Below, piece by piece: positions 28,468-38,579 of a stretch of 64,000 nucleotides of DNA; within the stretch, counting starts at the first letter, position 1; each line of letters begins with the position of its first letter. The position numbers and the translations under genes were made by a program. The notes beneath the pieces were generated by a model. It searched no databases and was not told the DNA's origin. It saw nothing but the letters and a program-made list of their open reading frames with translations. The stretch is from an uncultured Actinomycetota bacterium (lineage in GTDB: Bacteria > Actinomycetota > Actinomycetes > Mycobacteriales > SCTD01). The stretch is taken from the NCBI GenBank assembly GCA_963844295.1, contig CAWJNR010000001.1:82801-146800 (forward strand), in the 5' to 3' direction.

Positions 28468-28611
28468 GTGATCGTTCCCCGCGTGCCCCGCGACACGCAG
28501 CCAGCGGCCGCACGAGGGGAAGATCAGCGCAGCCCCGGCACCAGACTCGGCGTGATCTTCCCGTCCTGCGCCGCGACACGCAGCCAGCGGCCGTACGAGG
28601 GGAAGATCAGC
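28468..28611. repeat. Two copies (period 84 bp) of a ~60-nt palindromic element between convergent genes
   Basis: Copy 1 is 28468-28528 and copy 2 is 28552-28611. They share the core CGCGACACGCAGCCAGCGGCCG(C/T)ACGAGGGGAAGATCAGC. In each, the left arm TGATC(G)TTCCC pairs with the right arm GGGGAAGATCA. Confidence 0.8.
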
Positions 28612-28646
28612 TCGCTCCGGGAGGAGCTCGGGGGCGGGGCCGCGGA

Positions 28647-29676
28647 CTAGCGGGGCGGGAAGGCGCGCACCGGGTGGCCGGCCTCGACCGCCGCGGTCAC
28701 GGCAGCCCCGACCGGGACGTCGACGGTGTGCGGCTGGATCGAGCGCACCAGCGCACCCGAGGGCAGGCGCAGCGTGTAGACGTAGCTCGCGCCGCGGAAC
28801 TCGCGCCGGTCGACGACCGCGGTGCCGCCAGGCGGGTGAACGTCACCTCGTGCGGCCGGAGCATGACCTCGACCGCGCCGGTGGAGACGGGGGTCGCGGC
28901 CAGCCGGCCGAGCTCGGTGTCGACCCGCGTCGCCGTCGCCGGTGCCCGGCACGAAGTCGGCCTCGCCGAGCAGGGTCGCGGAGAAGCGGGTGGCCGGCGC
29001 GTGGAAGGCGTCGGCCGGCTCGGCGACGTGCTCGAACCGCCCGCGCCGCATGACCGCGACCCGGTCGCCGACGGCGAGCGCCTCGGCCTGGTCGTGGGTG
29101 ACGAAGACGCCGGCCGCGCCGGTCTCGTGCAGCGCGGCGACGGTCGGCCTCGCGCACGCTGGTGCGCAGGCCGCTGTCGAGGTTGCCGAACGCCTCGTCG
29201 AACAGCACGACGCTCGGGCGACGGCGCGAGCGCGCGGGCGAGCGCCACGCGCTGCTGCTGGCCGCCGGACAGCTCGTGCGGGTAGCGCCGGCCCGAGGTC
29301 CGGCAGGTCGACGAGCTCGAGCAGCTCGGCGACCCGGGCCGCCCGGTCCCGGCCGCGGGGCAGGCCGAAGGCGACGTTGTCGGCGACCCGCAGGTGCGGG
29401 AACAGCGCGGCGTCCTGGAAGACGACGCCGACCCGGCGCTGCTCGGGCGGGACCCAGGTGCGCGGTCCGGCGACCTCCCGGCCGTCGACCTCGACGGTGC
29501 CGGCGTCGGGCTCGAGCAGCCCGGCCAGGAGCAGCAGCAGGGTCGACTTGCCGCAGCCGCTGGGGCCGACGAGCGCGACCAGCTCGCCCGCAGCGACCTC
29601 GAGGCTGACGTCGTCGACCGCCGGCACCTGTGCCGAAGCGCTTGGAGACGCCGGACAGCCGCGCGGCGGCGGTCAT
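28647..29676 (-). CDS. Fe(III)/polyamine-type ABC importer ATP-binding protein (FbpC-like), frameshifted as assembled
   Basis: ATG 29676 ([15 protein letters not shown]). Track ORF 28647..29627 has [33 protein letters not shown] and [11 protein letters not shown] lie in other frames. The C-terminal TOBE-like region reads [19 protein letters not shown]. Confidence 0.82.
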
Positions 29677-31380
29677 CGCGCCACCCCGGCGAGCGCGACG
29701 TCGTGGTCGCCGTCCTCGAGCGGCGGGCAGCACGTCGACGGCGTCGTCGGCGAGCTCGGCGTCGTCGTCGCCGCGGAACAGCAGCACGACGGGGATCATC
29801 GCAACCGCGACGATGGCCAGCGCGGGCAGCCCCGCCATCTCGTAGCGCGAGTCGGCGGCGAGCTGCCAGACGCGGACGGCGAGGGTGTCGAAGCCGAACG
29901 GCCGCAGCAGCAGCACGATCGGCAGCTCCTTGAGCGCGTCGACGGCGACGAGCACCGCGGCGACGGCGAGCCCGGAGCGGGCCAGCGGCAGGTGCACCCC
30001 GGACAGGACGCGGCGCGGGGCGGCGCCGAGCGACAGCGCGGCCGAGGTGAGCGAGGGGGAGACGCTCGCCAGCCGCGCCTCGGTCGTCGTGTAGCCCAGC
30101 GCCAGGAAGCGGGCCGTGTAGACGACGACGAGCGCGGCGACCGAGCCGGTGACCAGGCCGGCGCCGCCGGGCAGGCCCAGCGCGTCGAGCACCGGCGCGC
30201 GACGGCCGCCAGCACGAGCAGCGCGCCGATCGCCAGGACCGGCGCCGGGACGGCGTAGCCGGACACCGTGGCCTGCACGCCGAGCGCGATCCGCCGGCGG
30301 CCGTCGACCCGGGCGGCGTGCACGAGCAGCAGCGAGACCACCACGACCACGACGGCGACCTGCGCGGCGAGCAGCACGCTGTTGGCGGCGGCGGTCAGGA
30401 AGCCGGCGTCGAAGCTGCCGCCCGGCGCCCTGCAGCGGCGTGGTGGTCGACCAGGAGACGAGCGTGACGACCGGGATGCCGACCGACAGCAGCAGCACGC
30501 TGCCGCACGCCGCGGTCGCCGCCCAGCCGCGGACGCCGGTCAGCCGCACCGCCGGCATCGGCGTCGTGTCGTGGACGGTGGGGGAGAAGCGGGCACCGCG
30601 CCGCAGCCAGCGCTCGCCGCCGAGCAGCGCGAGCGCGAGCAGCAGCACGAGCAGCGCCAGCACGGTGGCCGCCGGGCGGTCGAACTGCCCGCGCCAGACC
30701 TTGTAGATGCCGACCGACAGGGTGTCGACGCCGAAGTACTGCACGGTCGCGAAGTCCGACAGCGTCTCGAGGGCCACGAGCAGCGCCCCCGCGGCCAGCG
30801 ACGGCCGGGCCAGCGGCAGCACGACCCGCCGGGCCGCCTGCAGCGGCCGCAGCCCGAGCGTGCGGGCGGCGCCGTACGGCGTGGCGGCCTGGTCGCGGAA
30901 GGCGACCCGGGCCAGCAGGTAGACGTACGGGTAGAGCGTGAGGACGAGGACCGCCGCCGCGACGGGCAGGGTGCGCACCGGCGGGAACGGCGCGTCGTCG
31001 CCGAGCACCGCCCGCCAGCCGGTCTGCACCGGGCCCGGGGAAGACTGAGCAGCGACGACCAGACCAGCCCGAGGATGTACGCCGGGACGGCCATCGGCAG
31101 GACGAGCATCCACTGCAGCGCCCGGCGGCCGGGGAAGCGGTACGCCGTCGTCAGCCAGGCCAGGCCGGCGCCCAGGGCGGTCGCGCCGGCCAGGACCAGG
31201 CGCGAGCAGGGCGAGCGTGGTGCCCAGCAGCGGGACCCAGCCCGAGTCGGCGACCCGCCCCCACGGGGCGGCGCCGGCCGTCACGACGCCGACCGCCACG
31301 GCGAGCACGGGCAGCAGCACCAGCGCCGCCGCCGTGACGACGACGACGGTGCTGGAGCGACGGCCCGCGCGGGAGGTCAC
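29673..31380 (-). CDS. Iron ABC importer permease (two fused permease domains, FbpB-like), frameshifted as assembled (multiple)
   Basis: GTG 31380 overlaps the SBP stop (GTGA). Long hydrophobic segments lie in the frame of track ORF 28843..32331 (..AARTLGLRPLQAARRVVLPLARPSLAAGALLVALETLSDFATVQYFGVDTLSVGIYKVW.. and ..AALSLGAAPRRVLSGVHLPLARSGLAVAAVLVAVDALKELPIVLLLRPFGFDTLAVRVW..). These give two EAA-type loops. Confidence 0.8.
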
Positions 31381-32393
31381 CGGTAGCCGGCGTCCGTCAG
31401 CAGCTGGACGGCCTCGGCGTTGTAGCGGCCGAGCTCGCCGACGTTGAGCTCGTCGCGGCGGAACTCGCCCTGCTCGCGGAGCACCTCGACCGGCTCGACC
31501 GAGCGGTTGACGGGGTACTCGAAGTTGCCGTCGACGAACAGCGACTGCCCCTCGGTGGCGAGCCACTCGAGGAAGCGGGTCGCCGAGGCCACGTCGTCGG
31601 CGGAGCGGGTCACGCCGGCGCCGCTGATGTTGACGTGGGTGCCGGTGGTCTCCTGGTTCGGGAAGGAGATGCCCAGCGGCGAGGTCGGGGTCCTCGGCCA
31701 GCTCGCGGGCGACGTAGTAGTGGTTGGTGACGCCGACGTCGCAGCCGCCGGCGGCGACCGTGCGCACGATCTCGGTGTCGTTGGCGAGGATCTGCGGGTC
31801 GTTGGCCATCCAGCCCTCGACGACCTCGGCCGCCGCCTCCGGGCCCTCGTCGGCGATGATCGACGCGACCAGCGACTGGGTGTAGGCGCTGGTGGAGGTG
31901 CGGAAGCAGAGCCGGTCGGCCCACTGCGGGTCGCCGAGCGCCGCGTAGGTCGACAGCTCGGCCGGGTCGACCTCGTCCGTGTTGTAGATGATCACGCGGG
32001 CCCGCTCGGACAGGCCGTACCAGCGGCCCTCGGGGTCGCGCAGGCTGGCCGGGACGGCCGCCTCGAGCTCGGCGGACTCGACCGGCTGCAGCAGCTCCTG
32101 CTCGGCGGCCAGCGAGAGGTTCGCGACGTCGACGGTCATGTAGACGTCGGCCTCGCTGTCCTCGCCCTCGGCCTGCAGCCGCTCGCGCAGCTCGGCGTCG
32201 CTGCCGTTGAGGAACTCCACCTCGATGCCGGTCTCCTCGGTGAAGCGGGCGTACGCCTGCTCCGCGCCGTAGGACCGGGCCGAGTAGACCTGGATCGCCG
32301 GACCGTCGCTCGCCGACCCACGATGCCGCACCCGGAGACCAGCAGCGGGACCGCCACCAGGGCGAGGGTTCCGAGGGGGGAGCGCAGGCGCAC
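31377..32393 (-). CDS. Fe(III) ABC importer substrate-binding lipoprotein (FbpA/AfuA-like), frameshifted as assembled (at least 2)
   Basis: GTG 32393 has GGAAGGA upstream. The signal peptide with lipobox is MRLRSPLGTLALVAVPLLVSGCG. The mature part is IQVYSARSYGAEQAYARFTEETGIEVEFLNGSDAELRERLQAEG..GVTNHYYVAREL. The tail is in track ORF 31377..31613. Confidence 0.82.
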
Positions 32394-32558
32394 GAGGGTC
32401 CTTCCGAGAGCGGGTTAGGGCAGCCTTCCTTAGCCTACGCCCGGTGCCGGTCGGCCCGCGCGCCCGGACTGGACCGATCTGCCCGGCTCGGGTTGGGGAA
32501 GATCGCGCTGGGAACAGGCCCTGCGACCAGCAGGACCAGCGGAAGAAGAGGGCACCTC

Positions 32559-32769
32559 GTGGCAGAGCTCAAGAAGGGCAGCAGGGTCACCGGCGGCGAG
32601 CGCGACAAGCTGGCCGCTGACCTGAAGAAGCGGTACGAGGCGGGGAGAGTCATCCGACTGCTCGCCGAGTCCTCGGGCCGGTCGTACGGCTTCGTGCACC
32701 GGATCCTCAACGAGTCCGGCGCGACGCCTGCGCGGCCGCGGCGGCGCCACCCGCAAGAAGAGCGCCTAG
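32559..32769 (+). CDS. Small conserved actinobacterial helix-turn-helix protein; one extra base near 32727
   Basis: GTG 32559 gives VAELKKGSRVTGGERDKLAADLKKRYEAGRVIRLLAESSGRSYGFVHRILNESGAT. After dropping one C at 32726-32727 it continues LRGRGGATRKKSA to the stop at 32767-32769. I recall this family as being like Rv1473A. The track ORF start at 32493 is probably too far upstream. Confidence 0.75.
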
Positions 32770-32913
32770 CCCGCTCTCCGGACGACCGGGCCGGTCACCT
32801 GCCGCACGCAGGTGGCCGGCCCCGCCGCTGCCCCGGCCGGGCACGCAGCAGGGGCGGGTGACAGGCTGGCCGCCGCACCGCAGACCCACCTCACACGCTC
32901 GGGAGCCCCACAG

Positions 32914-34072
32914 ATGGACATGTCGCTGACGCCGGAGCAGGACGCCGTCCGCAAGGCGGTCAAGGAGTGGGTGGACGACGTCGTCGCCCCGCCCGCCCTG
33001 AAGAACGACCGCGAGGAGCGCTTCCCGCAGGAGGCGCTCGACGGCCTCAAGCAGACCGGCTTCATCGGCCTGTCGATCCCCGAGGAGTTCGGCGGCGGCG
33101 GCGGCGACCCGATGTCCTACGTCCTCTACATCGAGGAGCTCGGCCGCGGCGACGCCAACGTCCGCTCGATCGTCAGCGTGCACCTCGGCCTGGTCGCCGG
33201 CTCGATCGAGCGCTGGGGCACCGCAGGAGCAGAAGGAGCAGTGGCTGCCGCGCATGGCCACCGGCGAGGTGCTCGGCTGCTTCGGCCTGACCGAGCCCGA
33301 CTACGGCTCGCAACCCGGCCGACCTGCAGGCGACGGCGGTCAAGCAGCCCGACGGCGGCTACGTCCTCAACGGCAACAAGATCTTCATCACCAACGGCAC
33401 CATCGCCGGCGTCACGCTGTTCATGGCCCGCACCGGCGGTCCCGGGCGCCAAGGGCGTCAGCGCCTTCCTCGTGCCCGAACGACGCCCCCGGCTTCGAGG
33501 CCAAGGCCATCCACGGCAAGCTCGGGCTGCGCTCCTGCGACACCGCCGAGCTGGTGCTGCGCGACGTCAAGGTCGGCCCCGAGGCGCTGCTCGGCGGCGA
33601 GGAGGGCAAGGGCATCCGCGTCGCGCTCACCGCGCTCAACGACGGCCGCATGTCGCTCGGCGCGTCCTGCACCGGGCTCGGCCAGGCCGCCCTCGACACG
33701 ATGGTCGCCTACACCAAGGACCGCGTGCAGTTCGGCAAGCCGGTCGCCGGCCACCAGCTCGTGCAGGCGCTCATCGCCGACACCGCCGTCGAGGTCGACT
33801 GCGCGCGGCTGCTCACCTACCGGGTCGCCGACCTCAAGTCGCGCGGCGAGGACTACTCGCTGGCCGCCTCCAAGGCCAAGTACTACGCCAGCGAGATGTC
33901 GGTCCGCGCGGCCAACGCGTGCGTCCAGGCGCACGGCGGCTACGGCTACATCGACGAGTACGCCGCGGGGAAGTACCTGCGCGACGCTCGCGTTACCACG
34001 CTGTACGAAGGCACGTCGCAGATCCAGCAGCTGATCATCGGCCGCGCGCTCACGGGGATCTCAGCCTTCTAG
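32914..34072 (+). CDS. Acyl-CoA dehydrogenase, frameshifted as assembled (4 successive +1 steps)
   Basis: ATG 32914 follows GGGAG. The segments run: MDMSLTPEQDAVRKAVKEWV..IERWGT, then QEQKEQWLPRMATGEVLGCFGLTEPDYGS. Next come NPADLQATAVKQPDGGYVLNGNKIFITNG..FMARTGGPG, then AKGVSAFLVP. The last segment is NDAPGFEAKAIHGKLGLRSC..YEGTSQIQQLIIGRALTGISAF. Confidence 0.88.
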
Positions 34073-34100
34073 AGCGCACCGCTCGGAGGGAGGTCGACGC

Positions 34101-36003
34101 GTGTCCGACCTCCACCAGTTCTCGGTCATGCGGTCCTTCCGCAAGGACCCCACGGTCGCGGAGAAGAAGCTCGCGCCGGGCACCGCGAAGCGCATCGCGC
34201 GCTTCGCGGCGCCCTACCGCCGCGAGCTGACGCTGTTCCTCGTCCTCATCGTGGCGGCGGCGTTCCTCGCCGTGCTCAACCCGCTGATCTTCAAGAAGAT
34301 CATCGACGACGGCATCGGCACCAACCCGCCGGAGACCGGCGACCAGGGGCTGGTCGTCGCGCTCGCGCTGCTCGTCGCGGGCCTCGCGATCGTCGACGCC
34401 GGGCTCCAGCTGTGGTCGCGCTGGTGCTCGACGCGCATCGGCGAGGGCCTGATCTTCGACATGCGCTCGCAGGTCTACACGCACATCTCGCGCATGCCGA
34501 TCGCCTTCTTCACCCGCACCCAGACCGGCGCGCTGATCAGCCGGCTCAACAACGACGTGCTCGGCGCGCAGCAGGCCTTCACCGGCACGCTGTCGGGCGT
34601 CGTCAGCAACGTCATCGGCGTCGTGCTGACGCTCATCGCGATGCTGGTGCTGTCCTGGCAGATCACCCTGCTGTCGCTGGTGCTGCTGCCGGTCTTCGTC
34701 ATCCCGGCCAAGCTCATCGGCACCAAGCTGCAGGCGCTGACGCGCGAGTCGTACGCGCTCAACGCCCAGATGACCAACACGATGACCGAGCGCTTCAACG
34801 TCTCGGGGGCGCTGCTGGTCAAGCTGTTCGGCCGCCCGGAGGTCGAGGAGACCTCGTTCCGCGACAAGGCCGGCCGGGTGCGCGACATCGGCATCACGAG
34901 CGCGATGTACGGCCGCGTCTTCTTCGTCTCGCTGACCACCGTCGCGGCGCTGGCGACCGCGATGGTCTACGGCGTCGGCGGCATCCTGGCGGCGTCGGGC
35001 GAGCTGGGCGTCGGCACCGTCGTGGCGCTGGCGGCCTACCTCACCCGGCTGTACGGCCCGCTCACCGCGCTGTCCAACGTGCGGGTCGACGTCATGACGG
35101 CGCTGGTCAGCTTCGAGCGGGTCTTCGAGGTGCTCGACCTCGAGCCGATGGTCGCCGAGCGGCCCGGTGCGGTGGACCTGCCGCGCGGCGCCACGAGCAT
35201 CGAGTTCGACGACGTCGTGTTCGCCTACCCGACCGCCGAGCAGGTCTCGCTGGCCTCGCTCGAGTCGGTGGCGGTGCTGGACCAGACCCCGTCCGCGACC
35301 GTGCTGCAGGGCATCTCGTTCCGCGCCGAGCCGGGGCAGCTGGTGGCCCTGGTCGGCCCGTCCGGCGCCGGCAAGACGACCATCAGCCAGCTCGTCACCC
35401 GCATGTACGACGTCGGGCAGCGGCGCGGTGCGCGTCGGCGGCCACGACGTCCGCGACGTCACGATGCAGTCGCTGCGCGACGCGGTCGGCGTCGTCACCC
35501 AGGACGCGCACATGTTCCACGACACCATCCGCGCCAACCTGCTCTACGCCGCGCCCGGCGCCACCGACGAGCAGCTGTGGCAGGCGCTCGAGGCAGCGCA
35601 GGTCGGCCCGCTGGTGCGCTCGCTGCCCGACGGGCTCGACACCCTCGTCGGCGACCGCGGCTACCGGCTGTCCGGCGGCGAGAAGCAGCGCATGGCCATC
35701 GCCCGGCTGCTGCTCAAGGCGCCCGGCGTCGTCGTCCTCGACGAGGCGACGGCGCACCTCGACAGCGAGTCCGAGGCGGCGGTGCAGCGTGCGCTGGCGA
35801 CCGCGCTGGAGGGGCGCACCTCGCTGGTCATCGCGCACCGGCTGTCGACGGTCCGCGACGCCGACCAGATCCTCGTCGTGGAGGAGGGTCGGATCGTCGA
35901 GCACGGCCGGCACGACGAGCTGCTCGAGCGCGGCGGCCTCTACACCGAGCTCTACCGGCGCCAGTTCGCGGCGCAGGAGGACGAGCCGGCGCTCACCGAC
36001 TGA
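34101..36003 (+). CDS. ABC exporter, fused TMD-NBD (MsbA/multidrug type); one frame step near 35415
   Basis: GTG 34101 follows GGAGGGAGG. A six-helix TMD is followed by Walker A GPSGAGKTT. After the frame step come LSGGEKQRMAIARLLLKAPGVVVLDEATAHLD and the end LYRRQFAAQEDEPALTD. Confidence 0.88.
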
Positions 36004-36031
36004 CCGGACCGGTGCGGGGCAGGACAGCCGC

Positions 36032-36938
36032 GTGCGGAGCGTCCAGGTCGAGCGGGTGCGGGTGCTGCGCTTCGACGACGGCTCGCCGGTGCGGGCCGCC
36101 TCCGCCGTCGCGCCGTACGAGGGCGGGTGGCTGGTCGCCCAGGACGACGCGGCGCACGCCGCCTGGGTGCGACCGCACGGCGTCGAGCGGCTGCGGGTGC
36201 TGCCACCGGTGCAGGGGCACGACGTCTTCTCCTCCGCCGCCGGCACGAAGGACCTCAAGCCCGACCTCGAGGCCGCCTGCCCGGTACGGCACGACGGGCG
36301 TGACGGCGTGCTGCTGCTCGGGTCCGGCTCGGCGACCGCCCGCACCCGCGCCGTCCTCGTCCTGCCGGGCCGGACGTGGGTGGCCGACCTCGCGCCGCTG
36401 TACGACCGCGTCGCGGCGGTGCTCGGCCTGGCGCCGCGACGCCCTCAACCTGGAGGGCTCCTGCGTGCACGGCGACGTCCTGCGCTGGTGGGCGCGCGGG
36501 AACCTCGCCGCCGGCGTGCCGTCCGCCAGCGTCGAGCTCGACGTGCCGGAGCTGCTCGCGGCGGTCGTGGCCGGCTGCTCGGACGTCGCGGTCCGCGACC
36601 CACGGACCTACGACCTCGGCGAGGTGGAGGGGGTCGGGCTGACGGTGACCGACGCGGTCGCGCTGCCGGACGGGCGCGTCCTGGTCAGCGCCGCGGCCGA
36701 GGACACCCCGAACGCGGTCGACGACGGGCCGGTCGTCGCCTCGGCGATCGCCCTGCTCGACGGGACGACCGTGCGCTGCGTGCTGCCGCTGCCCGAGCCG
36801 GGCGGACGGGTCGTGAAGGTCGAGGGCCTCGCGCTCCTGGAGACGAGCGCCGGCACGGCGCGCCTGCTGGCCGTCGTGGACGACGACGACCCGGAGCGCC
36901 CGTCGACCGAGCTGCTGCTGAGGGTGGAGCTGGACTAG
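36032..36938 (+). CDS. Hypothetical protein (no family recognised); one frame step near 36440
   Basis: GTG 36032. Coding-like high GC3 is seen in both halves: VRSVQVERVRVLRFDDGSPVRAASAVAPYEGGWLVAQDDAAHAAWV.. then ..ALNLEGSCVHGDVLRWWARGN..VKVEGLALLETSAGTARLLAVVDDDDPERPSTELLLRVELD. Confidence 0.55.
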
Positions 36939-37105
36939 CCGGCACCGCCGGCGTTCGCGCCGCCGGTGCCGCCCATCGACGTGTCGTCGGTCGTCTCGGC
37001 GGGGTCGCTCGAGGCGGGCTCGACGGCCGGCTGCTCGAGGGCCAACGGGTCGACCTCGACGTCGACCCCGTCGAAGACCTGCGGGGACTGCTCCGGCTGT
37101 GTCAT
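36935..37105 (-). CDS. Possible small acidic protein (56 aa), hypothetical
   Basis: ATG 37105 to TAG 36935-36937: MTQPEQSPQVFDGVDVEVDPLALEQPAVEPASSDPAETTDDTSMGGTGGANAGGAG. About 54 of 56 codons end in G/C by my count. The RBS is weak. It is shorter than the track cut-off. Confidence 0.35.
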   Translation of the reverse strand: MTQPEQSPQVFDGVDVEVDPLALEQPAVEPASSDPAETTDDTSMGGTGGANAGGAG

Positions 37106-37142
37106 GCGCAGCAGGTACCCCGAACCACGCGGCCCGATCCCG

Positions 37143-37243
37143 CTACGGGACGACCGACACCGCGCGCCTACGGCACGACGACCCTCGCGCGCCTACGGCA
37201 CGACCGACCCTCGCGCGCCTACGGCACGACGACCCTCGCGCGC
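37143..37243. repeat. Tandem 25/26-bp repeat (4 copies) abutting and reiterating the 3' end of the ADH gene
   Basis: Units (plus strand): 37143-37167 CTACGGGACGACCGACACCGCGCGC (diverged); 37168-37192 and 37219-37243 CTACGGCACGACGACCCTCGCGCGC; 37193-37218 with one extra C. The ADH terminus at 37244-37257, CTACGGCACGACGA, gives the same first 14 nt. Confidence 0.9.
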
Positions 37244-38320
37244 CTACGGCACGACGAGGGTGCGGGCTCCCTTGCCGGACGCCATGTCCTCGAAGGCGCC
37301 GCCGATGCCGTCCAGGCCCACGGTGCCGCTGATGAGCGCGCCGAGGTCGAGCCGCCCCGCGGCGGCGTGCGCGAGGACCTTGGGGATGTCGACCAGCGGG
37401 TCGGTCGAGCCGTAGACGCAGCCCTGGATCGTGCGCGCGTAGTGGAACAGCTCGAGCGGGCTGAAGGACACCTTCTCGTCCTTGCCCCCGATGCCGACCA
37501 CGGTCATCACGCCACCGCGCCGGGTGGCCGACCAGGAGCTGCGGACGGTCTCCGGCAGGCCGACGCAGTCGAAGGCGTGGTCGGAGCCGCGGCCCTCGGT
37601 GAGGCCGCGGACCTGCTTGGCCAGCTCGCCGCCGGCCTCCAGCGCGTCCGTGCCGCCCATCGACATGGCGAGCGCGAGCTTCTCCGGGGAGCGGTCGACG
37701 ACGATCACCTTGCCGGCGCCGGCGAGCCTGGCGCCCTGCACGACGGACAGCCCGACCCCGCCGAGCCCGACGACGAGCACCGACTGGCCCTCGCGCACCT
37801 TCGCGGTGTTGAGGACGGCGCCGACGCCGGTCATGACGGCGCAGCCGACGAGCGCGGCGTGCTCCAAGGGGACCTCGTCCGGCACGGGCAGGACGGCGCG
37901 CTCGGCGACGACCGTCTCCTCGGCGAAGCCGCCGGTGGACAGGCCGGGGTAGACGTCCTGCCCGTCGACCTTGGCGTACGGCTGGGTCGCCGCGCTGCCG
38001 GAGGTCTCGCACAGCCACGGCTCGCCCTGCCGGCAGTACCAGCAGGTGCCGTCCGGCGGCGCCCAGCACAGGACCACGCGGTCGCCCGGGGCGCAGCTGG
38101 TGACGCCGTCGCCGATCGAGACGACGGTGCCCGCCGACTCGTGGCCGAGCACGACCGGCATCACCTGGCGCAGGATGCCGCGTGCCAGCGAGAGGTCGCT
38201 GTGGCAGACGCCGGTCGCGGCGATCTTGACGCGGACCTGACCGGGGCCGGGCTCCGGCAGCTCGAGCTCGGCCACGCGCAGGCTCTCACCGGGGGCGGAC
38301 AGGACGGCGGCGCGGACCAC
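37244..38320 (-). CDS. Zinc-dependent alcohol dehydrogenase (class III / formaldehyde-dehydrogenase-like MDR)
   Basis: Intact. GTG 38320 has AGGAG 5 nt upstream. Motifs are GVCHSDL, GHESAG, the structural-Zn cysteines CWAPPDGTCWYCRQGEPWLC and the Rossmann motif VVGLGGVGL. Confidence 0.9.
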   Translation of the reverse strand: MVRAAVLSAPGESLRVAELELPEPGPGQVRVKIAATGVCHSDLSLARGILRQVMPVVLGHESAGTVVSIGDGVTSCAPGDRVVLCWAPPDGTCWYCRQGEPWLCETSGSAATQPYAKVDGQDVYPGLSTGGFAEETVVAERAVLPVPDEVPLEHAALVGCAVMTGVGAVLNTAKVREGQSVLVVGLGGVGLSVVQGARLAGAGKVIVVDRSPEKLALAMSMGGTDALEAGGELAKQVRGLTEGRGSDHAFDCVGLPETVRSSWSATRRGGVMTVVGIGGKDEKVSFSPLELFHYARTIQGCVYGSTDPLVDIPKVLAHAAAGRLDLGALISGTVGLDGIGGAFEDMASGKGARTLVVP

Positions 38321-38410
38321 GAGGTCTCCTGGGGACGGGAGGCGGGGGACGACCCGGAGCCTACGAGCCGCCCCTCGGGGTAGGGCAGGCGCACCGACCC
38401 TGGAGGAACC

Positions 38411-38557
38411 ATGACCTCGCCCGACGCCCCGACCGAGACCCACGACGCCCGCGACGGGAGCGGCGACCCGGAGACCGACCCCGCCGCGATCGGCGAGGTC
38501 AGCTTCGAGGAGCCCGACGCCGACGGTGGGGCGGTGCCGGAGGGCAGCGACAGCTGA
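38411..38557 (+). CDS. Possible small acidic protein (48 aa), hypothetical
   Basis: GGAGG lies 3 nt upstream of ATG 38411. Sequence: MTSPDAPTETHDARDGSGDPETDPAAIGEVSFEEPDADGGAVPEGSDS. Third-position GC is high. It is shorter than the track cut-off. Confidence 0.45.
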   Translation: MTSPDAPTETHDARDGSGDPETDPAAIGEVSFEEPDADGGAVPEGSDS

Positions 38558-38579
38558 GCCGCTCCACCTCAGCGTTCGC

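Noticed and set aside
32494-32506. GGGGAAGATCGCG upstream of the small HTH gene resembles the right arm of the 28.5-kb palindromic element.
   Set aside because: The match is only about 10-11 nt, without the core or the opposing arm. It is compatible with chance in 128 kb of two-strand sequence.
37143-37243. CRISPR-like array.
   Set aside because: - The units are directly abutting, with no spacers.
- They are only 25-26 bp long and derive from the adjacent gene end.
- There are no cas genes in the window.
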